In this document: positions 50,373 to 60,027 of the stretch, piece after piece
Position numbering within the stretch: position 1 is the stretch's first letter
Layout of the letters: every line of letters begins with the position of its first letter
Virus record (IMG/VR): IMGVR_UViG_3300006040_000001
Span: 1 to 64,000 of that record
Length of the DNA: 64,000 bases
Origin: a virus
Strand: one strand, 5' to 3'
Made by a program: the position numbers and the translations under genes
The notes under the pieces: generated by a model
The model's database searches: none
What the model was told of the DNA's origin: nothing
Seen by the model: only the letters and a program-made list of their open reading frames with translations

Positions 50373-51800
50373 ATGTCACAATTTACACAATTGCTAGGCG
50401 CACGCTTAGGCTTAGAAGATTTAGTCGACGAAGTCGCACCAGAAGAAACCGTTGAATTAGACGGTAGCGAAACCGTCGAAGGCGCAAATGGCGAAGTATT
50501 AGAAGCTGAAGCTGAAGTCGAACAGTCTGAAGACTTGGTCGATGAGTTGCAGGAAGGCGGCGATACTTTAACTGAAGTGGCTGCTGTTTTGGAATCCGCT
50601 ATTAAGATGAACGGTGGCTTGGATCCAATCGCTGCTAAGTTCTGTAAAATCGCTATTGAGTCCGCTACCCGTAAAATCGGTATTGGTTCGACTATGACTG
50701 CGTCGTTGGAAAACATTGGCGTAGGCAGTGCTAAACTCCAAGCTACGCGTGTTACCTTGGAAAACATCCAAGAAAAACTCAAAGGCTGGTGGCGTGCGCT
50801 GGTATCGGCAATGGTTAGCCTCTACAACAAAGTAAAAGCAATGGTATTATCGTTGTTTGATTTGTTACCTAAAATCAAAGAACGTGCAGCAGCTATGGTA
50901 AAAACAGCTGCCGATACCAAAGGTACTGCTAAAGAAGCCAAATTCAAATCTGGCTTAGTCGGCGCATTACGCGTGGCTAACACTGTACCTACTGGCGCCG
51001 ATGTCGTTAAAGGTATTGATGATTTAGCATTTGACGCGTTGTCCGTTATTGGTGGTAAAACAGCGTCTAGCGATGCAGCTATTTTAGCAGACTTGAGTGC
51101 GGTAGTGGCCGGTTTAGGTGATAAATTAGACCAAACTAAAATCGATGGTTTGTGCAAAGCTATTTTCGATAAATTAGCGGCGCGTGCTAAATCATACGGC
51201 GCTGTTATTGATGGCGATGCCAAAAAATACGGTAGCGACGATGCTAATGTCAAAATTAGTAAAATGCTATTAGGTGGTGTAGTCATCGCTGTTAAAGTAC
51301 CTAAGTCATTGACCGACAGCGAAGGCAAAGCGTTTCCAGCTAACCGTCTCGTACGTCAATCAGGTGCTAGCATCGAAGATGCGTTCAAAGGCGACAAAGG
51401 CGTTACTGAAGGCGAGTTGACCACGTTGACGTTGGATGAGGTTTCTACATTAGCGAAGAAAGTAATTAGCTTATGTGATACTAGTATTCAATACAAAGCA
51501 ACCTTCACTAACCGCGATGGCGAACGTTCTAAGTTAACAGCTGTAGTTGACAAAGCTATTGACATCGCCTCTAAAGGTACTGAAGGCGAAGGTAGCGCCG
51601 AGTTGATTAAAGCCGTGCAGTCCGGTGGCGATGCGTTACAGGCATACTGGTCTAAAGGCATTAGCTTTGAGTCCAAGTTCCTTAGCTACGTGACTAAAGC
51701 CATGCAGGCGTGTTTGGGTTACGGTGCCGCTTCGTTGAAGCAGTACGGTGCTGAAGCCGTTAAAACAGAAGAGCCTAAGAAAGAAGAGCCCGCTGCTTAA
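50373..51800 (+). CDS. abundant inner head protein (phiKZ gp93 family)
   Basis: Acidic propeptide with GLE/VLES/AIES/SLE/TLE sites; LTTLTLDEV motif. Confidence 0.75.
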   Translation: MSQFTQLLGARLGLEDLVDEVAPEETVELDGSETVEGANGEVLEAEAEVEQSEDLVDELQEGGDTLTEVAAVLESAIKMNGGLDPIAAKFCKIAIESATRKIGIGSTMTASLENIGVGSAKLQATRVTLENIQEKLKGWWRALVSAMVSLYNKVKAMVLSLFDLLPKIKERAAAMVKTAADTKGTAKEAKFKSGLVGALRVANTVPTGADVVKGIDDLAFDALSVIGGKTASSDAAILADLSAVVAGLGDKLDQTKIDGLCKAIFDKLAARAKSYGAVIDGDAKKYGSDDANVKISKMLLGGVVIAVKVPKSLTDSEGKAFPANRLVRQSGASIEDAFKGDKGVTEGELTTLTLDEVSTLAKKVISLCDTSIQYKATFTNRDGERSKLTAVVDKAIDIASKGTEGEGSAELIKAVQSGGDALQAYWSKGISFESKFLSYVTKAMQACLGYGAASLKQYGAEAVKTEEPKKEEPAA

Positions 51801-51876
51801 TTCTTTGGTTTAGTTAATACAGTGGTCTCCTTACGCGCGTAAGGAGACCACTCTCCTTTTATGCAGGAATTTGATC

Positions 51877-53346
51877 ATGTCACAATTTACACAGATGCTT
51901 GGCATCCGCTTAGGTTTAGAAGATTTAGTCGACGAAGTCGCACCAGTGCCGACTCCGGGTGATGGTATTGATAGTGAAGTTACGGAATCGTTTATCGCCA
52001 CCGACAGCGCTGAATCTGAGGTAGAAGATACAGCGAGTAATATTGCTAAGTTAGAAGACACTACAGCATCCTTAGAGCGTATTGCATTTGCTCTTGAATC
52101 AATGAGTGGTCGTCAGCTTAGCGATGATGCGTTGGTGTTTTTAAATATCGGTATGGAAAATGCGATGCAGCCGTTTAGACCTGCTGCCGATCAATCTACC
52201 GGATCCGGTGATTCTAAAGAAGCCAAAAAAGGCATCGTTGCTAAATTGATCGCTGCCTGGGATGCCTTCGTACAAATGATGAAGAAACTATGGGATAGTA
52301 TCTCCGGTTACTTCCAACGTTTGTTCAGCACAGCCGCCAGCATGCGTAAAAAAGCAGCAGCTATTTTAGCCAGTGCCCGTAGTGTTAAAGACACCGCCGG
52401 CGGTAAAAAGTTCGAGATGAACGCTAACGAAATTCAATGTGACGGCAAGATCCCAGCTCCGGCTGAGTTCGTATCCAAGCTTACCGAGTTAGCTAAATCC
52501 ACTACCGATGGTTTAGTCGGCCAATATTCATTAGCAGGCCGCGGTTACATCGAGGATCTTATTGCCAAAGTAAAATCTATTGGAGACTCAGTACCCGACG
52601 ATGCAACCTTTGATTCACACGGCGATAAAAAGGCAGCGTTCTTCGCTATGAAGGATGTAACTAACCTAAAAGAAGCTATGGTTAACGGCGCTATTAAGAT
52701 CTCCTACGGTCTTGGTATTACTGCCGATGCCAGTGCCGATGTCAAAAAAGACGCCGGTGAGGCTACTTACGTTAAAATGTCTAAATCACCGTTTATTGGT
52801 GATCGTGTGTTTGTATTTACTTGCATAAAAGACGCAAAGCCTTTGGACGGCGGTAAGCATAGTGACTTCGTAGCCTGGTGCCGCAGTATTAAGTTCAGTG
52901 TGGTAGACAGCGGTGCAACGCGTATAGAGCGCGGTGAAGTTGAGGCATTGTCTGTGGAGCAACTTGCCACAGTTTGCGGCGACGTAATGAATACCTGCGA
53001 CGCTATCCTTAAGTTCAAAGACATCTGGTTCAAAGAATATAAAACGTTCTCTGACTACAACGATGCCTTCCGCGACCAGATGAAAAAGATAACCAACATT
53101 TATTTAACGGATACCGAAAAGCAAAAGCTCAATAATAACGGTGGTAAGATGTCATTTATGGATCTTATGGGTCTGGATTTTATCCAGGCTCTTAAAGCTC
53201 TTAACAGTGGCGTAGCTACTACTATTAGCGGGTTTGGTCGTTTTGAAAACGAACTATGCAAACAAGCAATGCGTAATTCCCACGCAGCGTTAACGTATGC
53301 TGAACGTTCGTTGAAAGAACATACTACACCAGCTAAAGCTGAGTAA
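51877..53346 (+). CDS. inner head protein, gp93-family paralog
   Basis: N-terminus nearly identical to the previous gene; VEALSVEQL motif. Confidence 0.75.
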   Translation: MSQFTQMLGIRLGLEDLVDEVAPVPTPGDGIDSEVTESFIATDSAESEVEDTASNIAKLEDTTASLERIAFALESMSGRQLSDDALVFLNIGMENAMQPFRPAADQSTGSGDSKEAKKGIVAKLIAAWDAFVQMMKKLWDSISGYFQRLFSTAASMRKKAAAILASARSVKDTAGGKKFEMNANEIQCDGKIPAPAEFVSKLTELAKSTTDGLVGQYSLAGRGYIEDLIAKVKSIGDSVPDDATFDSHGDKKAAFFAMKDVTNLKEAMVNGAIKISYGLGITADASADVKKDAGEATYVKMSKSPFIGDRVFVFTCIKDAKPLDGGKHSDFVAWCRSIKFSVVDSGATRIERGEVEALSVEQLATVCGDVMNTCDAILKFKDIWFKEYKTFSDYNDAFRDQMKKITNIYLTDTEKQKLNNNGGKMSFMDLMGLDFIQALKALNSGVATTISGFGRFENELCKQAMRNSHAALTYAERSLKEHTTPAKAE

Positions 53347-53351
53347 CACAT

Positions 53352-53393
53352 TACTCATTACAGCGACCTAGGTCGCTGTAATGAGTATGCCGT
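53352..53393 (+). terminator. perfect 36-bp palindrome plus TATGCCGT, ending the head operon
   Basis: TACTCATTACAGCGACCTAGGTCGCTGTAATGAGTA-TGCCGT. Confidence 0.75.
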
Positions 53394-53430
53394 AATTATA
53401 AACTAATCGATATTATACTACGATTCCAAC

Positions 53431-53460
53431 TACTCTGAATGATATATTATTAATTCGGTA
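53431..53460 (+). promoter_or_regulatory. early promoter motif
   Basis: CTCTGAATGATATATTATTAATTC. Confidence 0.5.
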
Positions 53461-53508
53461 GTAATTACTACAATGGTTTACGACCACTAACTTTAGCCGA
53501 GTACCAGT

Positions 53509-54024
53509 ATGTATTTAATTAAACCTTTATTAGAGCCACAGTTAATTAATGTGACCTTAATGGAAGCCAACGACGGCGTTTGGATGCAAGGACGTTATCA
53601 ATCTGATGACTTACTCGACGGAGTCTCTTATATCAGTTTTAACGGACTACCCTCTACGTTATCAATGTCACTAATAACCCCAGTAGTCGCAGCACTGCTT
53701 AGTGGCGTTACGGTTGATGCCATGTTAGTACAGCAGCAGATATACGCGCAAGCCAGTGGTCTGTGCTATAGCCTACTCCGTGAGCTACACCACCATACGC
53801 AGTTAGGTGCTGTGGTTGACTACGGGAATGATATATGCATAATGGTCAACCTACAGCTCGCCGATAACTACCTTAAAGGCGAGGTAATGTTAATCGCAGG
53901 TATAGAGTTTATACCGGCTAAGCTAGAGTTCGAACGCTCAGTAACACAACTAACATTACCAACTGAAGCAACACCGACACCCCCGTTGGTAGCCCCTAAC
54001 CCTAATCGGCATAAACTCCATTAA
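53509..54024 (+). CDS. hypothetical protein (accessory island)
   Basis: 171-aa ORF. Confidence 0.7.
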   Translation: MYLIKPLLEPQLINVTLMEANDGVWMQGRYQSDDLLDGVSYISFNGLPSTLSMSLITPVVAALLSGVTVDAMLVQQQIYAQASGLCYSLLRELHHHTQLGAVVDYGNDICIMVNLQLADNYLKGEVMLIAGIEFIPAKLEFERSVTQLTLPTEATPTPPLVAPNPNRHKLH

Positions 54025-54037
54025 CAGGATAACCGTT

Positions 54038-55984
54038 ATGATTAACACCTTAGATAAAACATTCACTTTAGCTAAACCCCCTTTACTAGAACGTTACCCT
54101 GAGTTAGATGGCGCTGAAGTAAGCGTAGGTATGGGGTTGCGCGGATACGTCTTAGATGGCGATGACAACGGCAGTGTTACTTACTATAAAGGCACCGACG
54201 TTAGCGGTAAACAGCTCTTAGATATGTTAGGTATTATGTTAGATGTAATACCGAATCGGTTTGCTGAGAAAGCTTCGCTGATCGTACATGTACTCACTAA
54301 CGTCCGACGTAACACTAAGTCCCGTATTAGCTTCAATACCGTGTATGGCATCTCCTTAGGCGCTATCGACGCTGCCCCGGAGTGCGTGACGTTAGAGATC
54401 TATGTAAGTCCCTATAGAACATCTAACACCGGGATCTTTAACACAGAGGTTATACTTTATATAGGTGCCACTGATACCGAAATGTTAGATAAGCTCTGGA
54501 CTGACGTAGTCCCACCTACTCCAGGTAGTTACTATAGGCGTACCTTAAGCGTCGATGCACGCTATCCTGAGTTAGCAGGTAATGAAACAGGTGGGTGTAA
54601 TTGGCATGACGGACATCTAACCGAGTACGAGTTAGATACTAATACGGTATGGGTATACCAGGCGGATGACGTAAATGAAAATACATTGCGCGACGTATGG
54701 AATTCATTTATAAAGTTACTACGCCATGTAGAGTTTACCAAAATAGCCTATCGATTTATCGCTGAGTTTCCAGCCTTAGCTGACGCAGATGGCGTTATCG
54801 ATAAATCATACTACCACCAAGGCATTGATAGTTCGGTAGCGGTTCGATACCACATACCTGTTTCTACCAATGGCCGCTATAACCCGGAGATTATTGTGTA
54901 TAAAGGCGACCCCAATACTGAGACTTACCGTACGATGACCCATAATCCTAAACCCTATACCCCACCAGAACCGCCTGTAAACCAACTAACATACGAGGTT
55001 ACTGATGTCAGCAACATATCGATTAAACCGCCTCGCCGTTTCGCGCGGTATTTTGGTCGTATAGTCGAGAATAGACTAATGGATGCTTTGTCACCTGATG
55101 TAAATAGCATTATGTGCACAGGTAACCAAGCCTATCCTGGTACGGTCGAAGATCGTTTTTTAGAAATAATCGAGCAATTACAACTAGTCGAACCAGATGA
55201 AGTCCCGGTCGATGCGTTGATCCAGGTACAGAAATTCGTAAATGATGCCGTACCTAACTCGGTTATGGATTTTAACTACACGGCATTGACGCCACAGCGT
55301 GCCATCAGTTTTAATGTCTTCGTGTATTATGCGGGAGCCGGCATTACCTATTGCGTTACAGGTTATACAGGCTCGTCTGAACGTGACTTCATATTAGAAT
55401 CAACCGACCTAGTGTTAGATATGGATGTAGCTAAATCAGCTAACGATACATTAACTACTAAACGCGTGCCATGGAATACACCGGTCCCTGCTATTTTAGG
55501 TACTGATGTATTGAAGGCGGATTGTATCAAACATCTACCCAATCGATTGTTCCACCGTGTGTTGATTAGTTATGCTGGTACGGCTATGTCTGAAACGATA
55601 CTGGGTGACAGTATGCTAAAACAAGCGATTACAGCAGCTAAGTCTATTAAGACTCACTACGGTAATCGTCAGTATAATTTCGTGATCGAACTACCCGAAG
55701 TCGAAGGTATTGCTACGATCTGGTTTTATACAGGGTTTAATGCTACGGAGGTAGATGACCTAGCCAATGAGTTCTTAGACAAAGTTCACGATCTGGTTAG
55801 ACAGCTCCCTAGTGATATGGCGCCTGATGGGGTGGTGGCGTCGATGCTGCGTTTACTTGATGGGGGTCACCGCGGGTTAGGTTATATACTGACCCCGCGT
55901 GAATCTAACGTCAAAGCTCGCAGCTTACCTGACAACCTATCGCGTCGTTGGGTTGATCGTATCCTACGCCACGATCCGAAATAA
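54038..55984 (+). CDS. hypothetical multi-repeat-domain protein
   Basis: 648 aa; RYPEL twice; repeated ends EVILYIG/EIIVYKG/VTGYTG/IWFYTG. Confidence 0.75.
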   Translation: MINTLDKTFTLAKPPLLERYPELDGAEVSVGMGLRGYVLDGDDNGSVTYYKGTDVSGKQLLDMLGIMLDVIPNRFAEKASLIVHVLTNVRRNTKSRISFNTVYGISLGAIDAAPECVTLEIYVSPYRTSNTGIFNTEVILYIGATDTEMLDKLWTDVVPPTPGSYYRRTLSVDARYPELAGNETGGCNWHDGHLTEYELDTNTVWVYQADDVNENTLRDVWNSFIKLLRHVEFTKIAYRFIAEFPALADADGVIDKSYYHQGIDSSVAVRYHIPVSTNGRYNPEIIVYKGDPNTETYRTMTHNPKPYTPPEPPVNQLTYEVTDVSNISIKPPRRFARYFGRIVENRLMDALSPDVNSIMCTGNQAYPGTVEDRFLEIIEQLQLVEPDEVPVDALIQVQKFVNDAVPNSVMDFNYTALTPQRAISFNVFVYYAGAGITYCVTGYTGSSERDFILESTDLVLDMDVAKSANDTLTTKRVPWNTPVPAILGTDVLKADCIKHLPNRLFHRVLISYAGTAMSETILGDSMLKQAITAAKSIKTHYGNRQYNFVIELPEVEGIATIWFYTGFNATEVDDLANEFLDKVHDLVRQLPSDMAPDGVVASMLRLLDGGHRGLGYILTPRESNVKARSLPDNLSRRWVDRILRHDPK

Positions 55985-56005
55985 AGTCAGTTATACATTA
56001 TTAAC
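55984..56005 (+). promoter_or_regulatory. early promoter-like motif
   Basis: AAGTCAGTTATACATTATTAAC, similar to the motif before chmA. Confidence 0.5.
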
Positions 56006-56059
56006 AGGAGTAAGTTACCCTTACTCCTATCAACCACTATCATTCATGGAAATACTACT

Positions 56060-56938
56060 ATGCGTTCGTTAAAAGACTTAGCTTTATCGTACGAGCATGC
56101 CAAATTGAAAACGGGCATCTTCGACATGTATTTTAAATATATGTTACCAGTAGAAGGTACACCGGTTGACGGTATCTCGATGTCAACCACACCAGCGCGT
56201 GATATGACTTTGGTACATATCCCGAACATTGGTCTGGATATTTTACATTGCCTCTACCCCGGTTTAATCCGTAAGTCCGGCCTGATGCCTCAGCATTTCG
56301 GCATTAACTGTTACTCAGCTTTACTCCGCTATAATGGCTTATGGACGCATTTTGGTATTAGTCTAGATGATGAGAACCTCTGTACGCTCACACTGGTACA
56401 GGCTAACGGCGCATCGGGAATCGCTAAGCTCCGCCGTGCGCTGAACGAGCAGTTTGATTATGCTCAGCGTAACATGGTCTATAATTTCCGCAACCGATCA
56501 ATCGTCAGTAACGCTCGCCGTATGGCATTACCGATTACTAAGACTGGTCAATGTCACAACACTGAAGTATCGACCCTGCTCTACGGTGATACACCATTGA
56601 CGTTAGTGGTTATCCGTGATTACGAATTTTCATTTAATCAACAACAGCGTGAGCTGATCACACCGGTGTTTGCATTACTGGATAGCGATAAACTTAAACG
56701 CTACTTAGATAATACGGAATCGTACGATACATCCGATGCATACGAATATGCAGCTGGTGCTATACATGGCCGCTATGCCTATTTCACTAATGCCCAGCGT
56801 GGTATGGATGGCGTAGGCGCGCTAGTAAGTGTATTTACTAATCCGTGTACCGGGATGGTTGCATGCGAATTCTTAATCGGACCGGGGGTAGCATGCCATG
56901 CGTTCATGGGTAATGTAATGCCGATCATTAGCGAATAA
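56060..56938 (+). CDS. hypothetical protein
   Basis: 292-aa ORF. Confidence 0.7.
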   Translation: MRSLKDLALSYEHAKLKTGIFDMYFKYMLPVEGTPVDGISMSTTPARDMTLVHIPNIGLDILHCLYPGLIRKSGLMPQHFGINCYSALLRYNGLWTHFGISLDDENLCTLTLVQANGASGIAKLRRALNEQFDYAQRNMVYNFRNRSIVSNARRMALPITKTGQCHNTEVSTLLYGDTPLTLVVIRDYEFSFNQQQRELITPVFALLDSDKLKRYLDNTESYDTSDAYEYAAGAIHGRYAYFTNAQRGMDGVGALVSVFTNPCTGMVACEFLIGPGVACHAFMGNVMPIISE

Positions 56939-56997
56939 ACTATCAACTCATACGGGCACACTACGTGCCCGTATTACTATTATTAACGAGGATTATC

Positions 56998-57426
56998 ATG
57001 ACTATACCAAAAGGTCTTTTAAATATTAAGTCAGCATTAGGGTTGGAAGGCATACACTTAGATCATTGTGTAGGTCAGCACCTCTATACAGGTACTAACC
57101 CTTCCATAGCCGATACCAAACTATGGGTGTACAGCGCTGAGCGGGTAGTTAATACGCAGCAAGCGATCAATGCAATCTTTGAACGGTTTAGAATCCCGTT
57201 AGGAACGTACCGTGAATTCATGAAGCAGTATTTTCAGATCTTAGCGTCTGATGATATGGAAGGGTATTTCTGGGTAAAGACCATCAAAGGACCCACGCAG
57301 TATTTACACGTGTATCTCTGCTTACACAGCGACTATAAAGTTGCTGATATGCAATTTGCTATAGCAGGACCTATCGGTCATGCTACTATTAGCCAGGCCT
57401 ATAAGTCGCTAGCTAACGCCTCGTAA
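56998..57426 (+). CDS. hypothetical protein
   Basis: ATG 56998 after GAGGA RBS. Confidence 0.7.
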   Translation: MTIPKGLLNIKSALGLEGIHLDHCVGQHLYTGTNPSIADTKLWVYSAERVVNTQQAINAIFERFRIPLGTYREFMKQYFQILASDDMEGYFWVKTIKGPTQYLHVYLCLHSDYKVADMQFAIAGPIGHATISQAYKSLANAS

Positions 57427-57464
57427 CACTAACACCATACTACTAACTTTCAGGAATTACTACA

Positions 57465-57935
57465 ATGAACTTCGCTCCTTTATCTGCTGTATATGGCAGC
57501 CTAATTACCCCTCGCCGCGATCCTATTAAGTTCGCAGGTGGTTTGTTGCATACGCAAACGGCTATGGATATGAAACCACGCGGATTGTGTGTGGTATACA
57601 GTTTATCCAGAGTTGGTTTTTGGGACTTAGGCACAGCGGTAGTTGTGTTGTTAGCGGGATTCGAACCCAAGACAGCGCAGCGTATATCGGATACCGTAGC
57701 CGAGGCTATCGGTAAATTACAACTCCAGGATTCCGTTGATATCGAACGGGATTGTACCGTGTCACAATCGACAGCCATACACGTACGCATTACGCGCGAA
57801 CGTGGGTTTATCGAAAGATGTACATTGGAGTTAATGGTTGCAACGCATGAGCTAGTAGCGGTGGCACAGTCAGCTGGTATAGCCAGACGGACTGAGACGA
57901 GTGATGTGGATTTATTAAACCTTAGACCGATCTAA
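57465..57935 (+). CDS. hypothetical protein
   Basis: 156 aa, AGGA RBS. Confidence 0.7.
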   Translation: MNFAPLSAVYGSLITPRRDPIKFAGGLLHTQTAMDMKPRGLCVVYSLSRVGFWDLGTAVVVLLAGFEPKTAQRISDTVAEAIGKLQLQDSVDIERDCTVSQSTAIHVRITRERGFIERCTLELMVATHELVAVAQSAGIARRTETSDVDLLNLRPI

Positions 57936-57951
57936 ACTGGTCTAACTGAGT

Positions 57952-57972
57952 CGCGGCTTCGGCCGCGTTTTA
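57952..57972 (+). terminator. intrinsic terminator with UUCG tetraloop
   Basis: CGCGGC-TTCG-GCCGCG-TTTT. Confidence 0.7.
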
Positions 57973-58012
57973 AATAATTTCTTTTTTGTCCTTTTACACA
58001 GAGAGCATTGAT

Positions 58013-58441
58013 ATGTTAGCAGCTACTTACGATGAACACAAAGCCCTGTTAGTTGCCTTAATTAATAATACATCCATAATCACACACTGGCACGAAGAAC
58101 GTGACCAAGATCGTGGATTACGCATTATGCGTTTAAAGGGTATACCTGCCGATGAAGCCGTGGATGTATTAATGCTCCATTTAAATGACGGTATCGTTAA
58201 GCGTGGTAATATCGTAGAGATCGTTAATGAAATGGCCAGTTACACGCAAGACGGACTATGGGGTTACGTAAAAGCACCAGAGGCTACCCTCGCTGCAATG
58301 GCGTTAATCTTACCAAACCCGGCCAGTAACCGCCGCTGTGTAGATTTAAAATTAGTGATGGCCTTAAGCCAAGAGCACGTATTACGCACAGCAGATATTA
58401 TCCGTCATCGTTACGGCATTAATGCGCTATTAAGTTTCTAG
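58013..58441 (+). CDS. hypothetical protein
   Basis: ORF of about 142 aa. Confidence 0.65.
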   Translation: MLAATYDEHKALLVALINNTSIITHWHEERDQDRGLRIMRLKGIPADEAVDVLMLHLNDGIVKRGNIVEIVNEMASYTQDGLWGYVKAPEATLAAMALILPNPASNRRCVDLKLVMALSQEHVLRTADIIRHRYGINALLSF

Positions 58442-58450
58442 GAGGCTATA

Positions 58451-60025
58451 ATGCCACAGGTAATATTAGAAATACCTAACATTGAAGAGAACATAGCTCG
58501 ACCAGTCGTACACCAAGTTATCCGGGAGCTAGCTACGCGCTTAGGCATGCCCGTAGAGACCCGTATACGTCAATTAGGCAGTGGTAAAGCGTTACCGGTA
58601 GTAGGCAGTACCATGGACGACAAACACGCCGTAAATCGCCTCCCTGGAGATCAATACATCGAGATCAAACCGGATGAGACGTATGACGAGAACTATGCGA
58701 TGTCTGTAGCAGTTACCTACCCTGAACATCTCGCTGTGTTTAATGAACCGAAGCTCGGTATATTGATGCGACCTGTGTATCAGCGTATTAACGTAAGTGT
58801 AGATGTCAAATGCGTAGCGACGGATAAAACCACAGCAGATAACTGGGTGTCTACCATTAAGCGGCGTTTCAGCCAACGGGTCGTAGAGAACAGACATTCC
58901 CTAAATTACACCTACCCTATACCCGTTCAATACATGGCCATCCTCATGGAGCTACATCGGTTACGTGAAGCCAATCACGGGTATGGCGAGTCTATAGGTC
59001 AGTGGCTAGCTAATCACTACACGATCTTAGATACAGCGGTTACTGACCAAGCTGGACATAACCCATTACTGGTTATTAAAGAAGCCCAACTCGATGTATT
59101 AGGCTGGTTTGATTTTACCGATAGCCCGCCTAAGGTAGAGCGTGAAACAGACTCAGGTGCGTGGAGTATATCGTTTGGTTATACGTTTGGTTACGATCGT
59201 GTAGAATCCGTTATGTTACGTTACCCGCTAATGGTGCACAACCAAATGCTAGATAACCGGTACTATGATGACATTCCGCTAGATCTCTTAACTAATTACA
59301 TGCAGCAACGTAATGTGTCAGCAGCAGCCATGTACGATGCTACTTATCGTGATACGCCCATCCGTAGTATATTCGCAAACCCCGGCATCTCTATTCCGCT
59401 GTTCGATGACTGGCTACCGAGTTATAAACACGCCGGTTATTTTACGTTGTTGCGTATTATGCTACAGGTAGATCCTACTAGCCCTAATGCGCTACTATCA
59501 CTCGGCCTGTTAGGTGACTGGTCTATAGATCCGGCGGCGTTGGCTTATATGTCCAGTAATCCGTTAGCTATCACTAGACCTTACGAATCTGTGTTTAATA
59601 TACAGCTCCACCGTGGTACGGATTATTTAGCCAGTGATAAGTTTATAGTATCTAATACGCTGGATCTACATTACGCTGAGTCTTTAGATGAGCGGTGTTG
59701 CTATCACCTTACGCTCAGTATGCTAGCTAATGTACGTCAACTTAGCTACACGGCTATACTAGCTTTATGCGAGCACGGTCAGTTTACAATAGATTATTTA
59801 ACTGCTACTGTACCCGAGCTAGTAAGTAGTGGTAGTCGCCAGGTCATATTACCTGATGGTACTATACGCTACACGGATTTACCTACGCTGTTACCCGATG
59901 GGACTATCATGCCACGGGACTTACAACGCACGATCGATAAAATATCTATTCGCCCCAGTAGTAATATTAATGATTACTCATGGCGTCTAGTAAATGAATT
60001 CATTGTATCAGCCCATCGGAGCTAA
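58451..60025 (+). CDS. virion structural protein (phiKZ gp98-like)
   Basis: 524 aa, GGAGG RBS; YPLMVHNQ, IPLFDDW; synteny. Confidence 0.7.
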   Translation: MPQVILEIPNIEENIARPVVHQVIRELATRLGMPVETRIRQLGSGKALPVVGSTMDDKHAVNRLPGDQYIEIKPDETYDENYAMSVAVTYPEHLAVFNEPKLGILMRPVYQRINVSVDVKCVATDKTTADNWVSTIKRRFSQRVVENRHSLNYTYPIPVQYMAILMELHRLREANHGYGESIGQWLANHYTILDTAVTDQAGHNPLLVIKEAQLDVLGWFDFTDSPPKVERETDSGAWSISFGYTFGYDRVESVMLRYPLMVHNQMLDNRYYDDIPLDLLTNYMQQRNVSAAAMYDATYRDTPIRSIFANPGISIPLFDDWLPSYKHAGYFTLLRIMLQVDPTSPNALLSLGLLGDWSIDPAALAYMSSNPLAITRPYESVFNIQLHRGTDYLASDKFIVSNTLDLHYAESLDERCCYHLTLSMLANVRQLSYTAILALCEHGQFTIDYLTATVPELVSSGSRQVILPDGTIRYTDLPTLLPDGTIMPRDLQRTIDKISIRPSSNINDYSWRLVNEFIVSAHRS

Positions 60026-60027
60026 TC

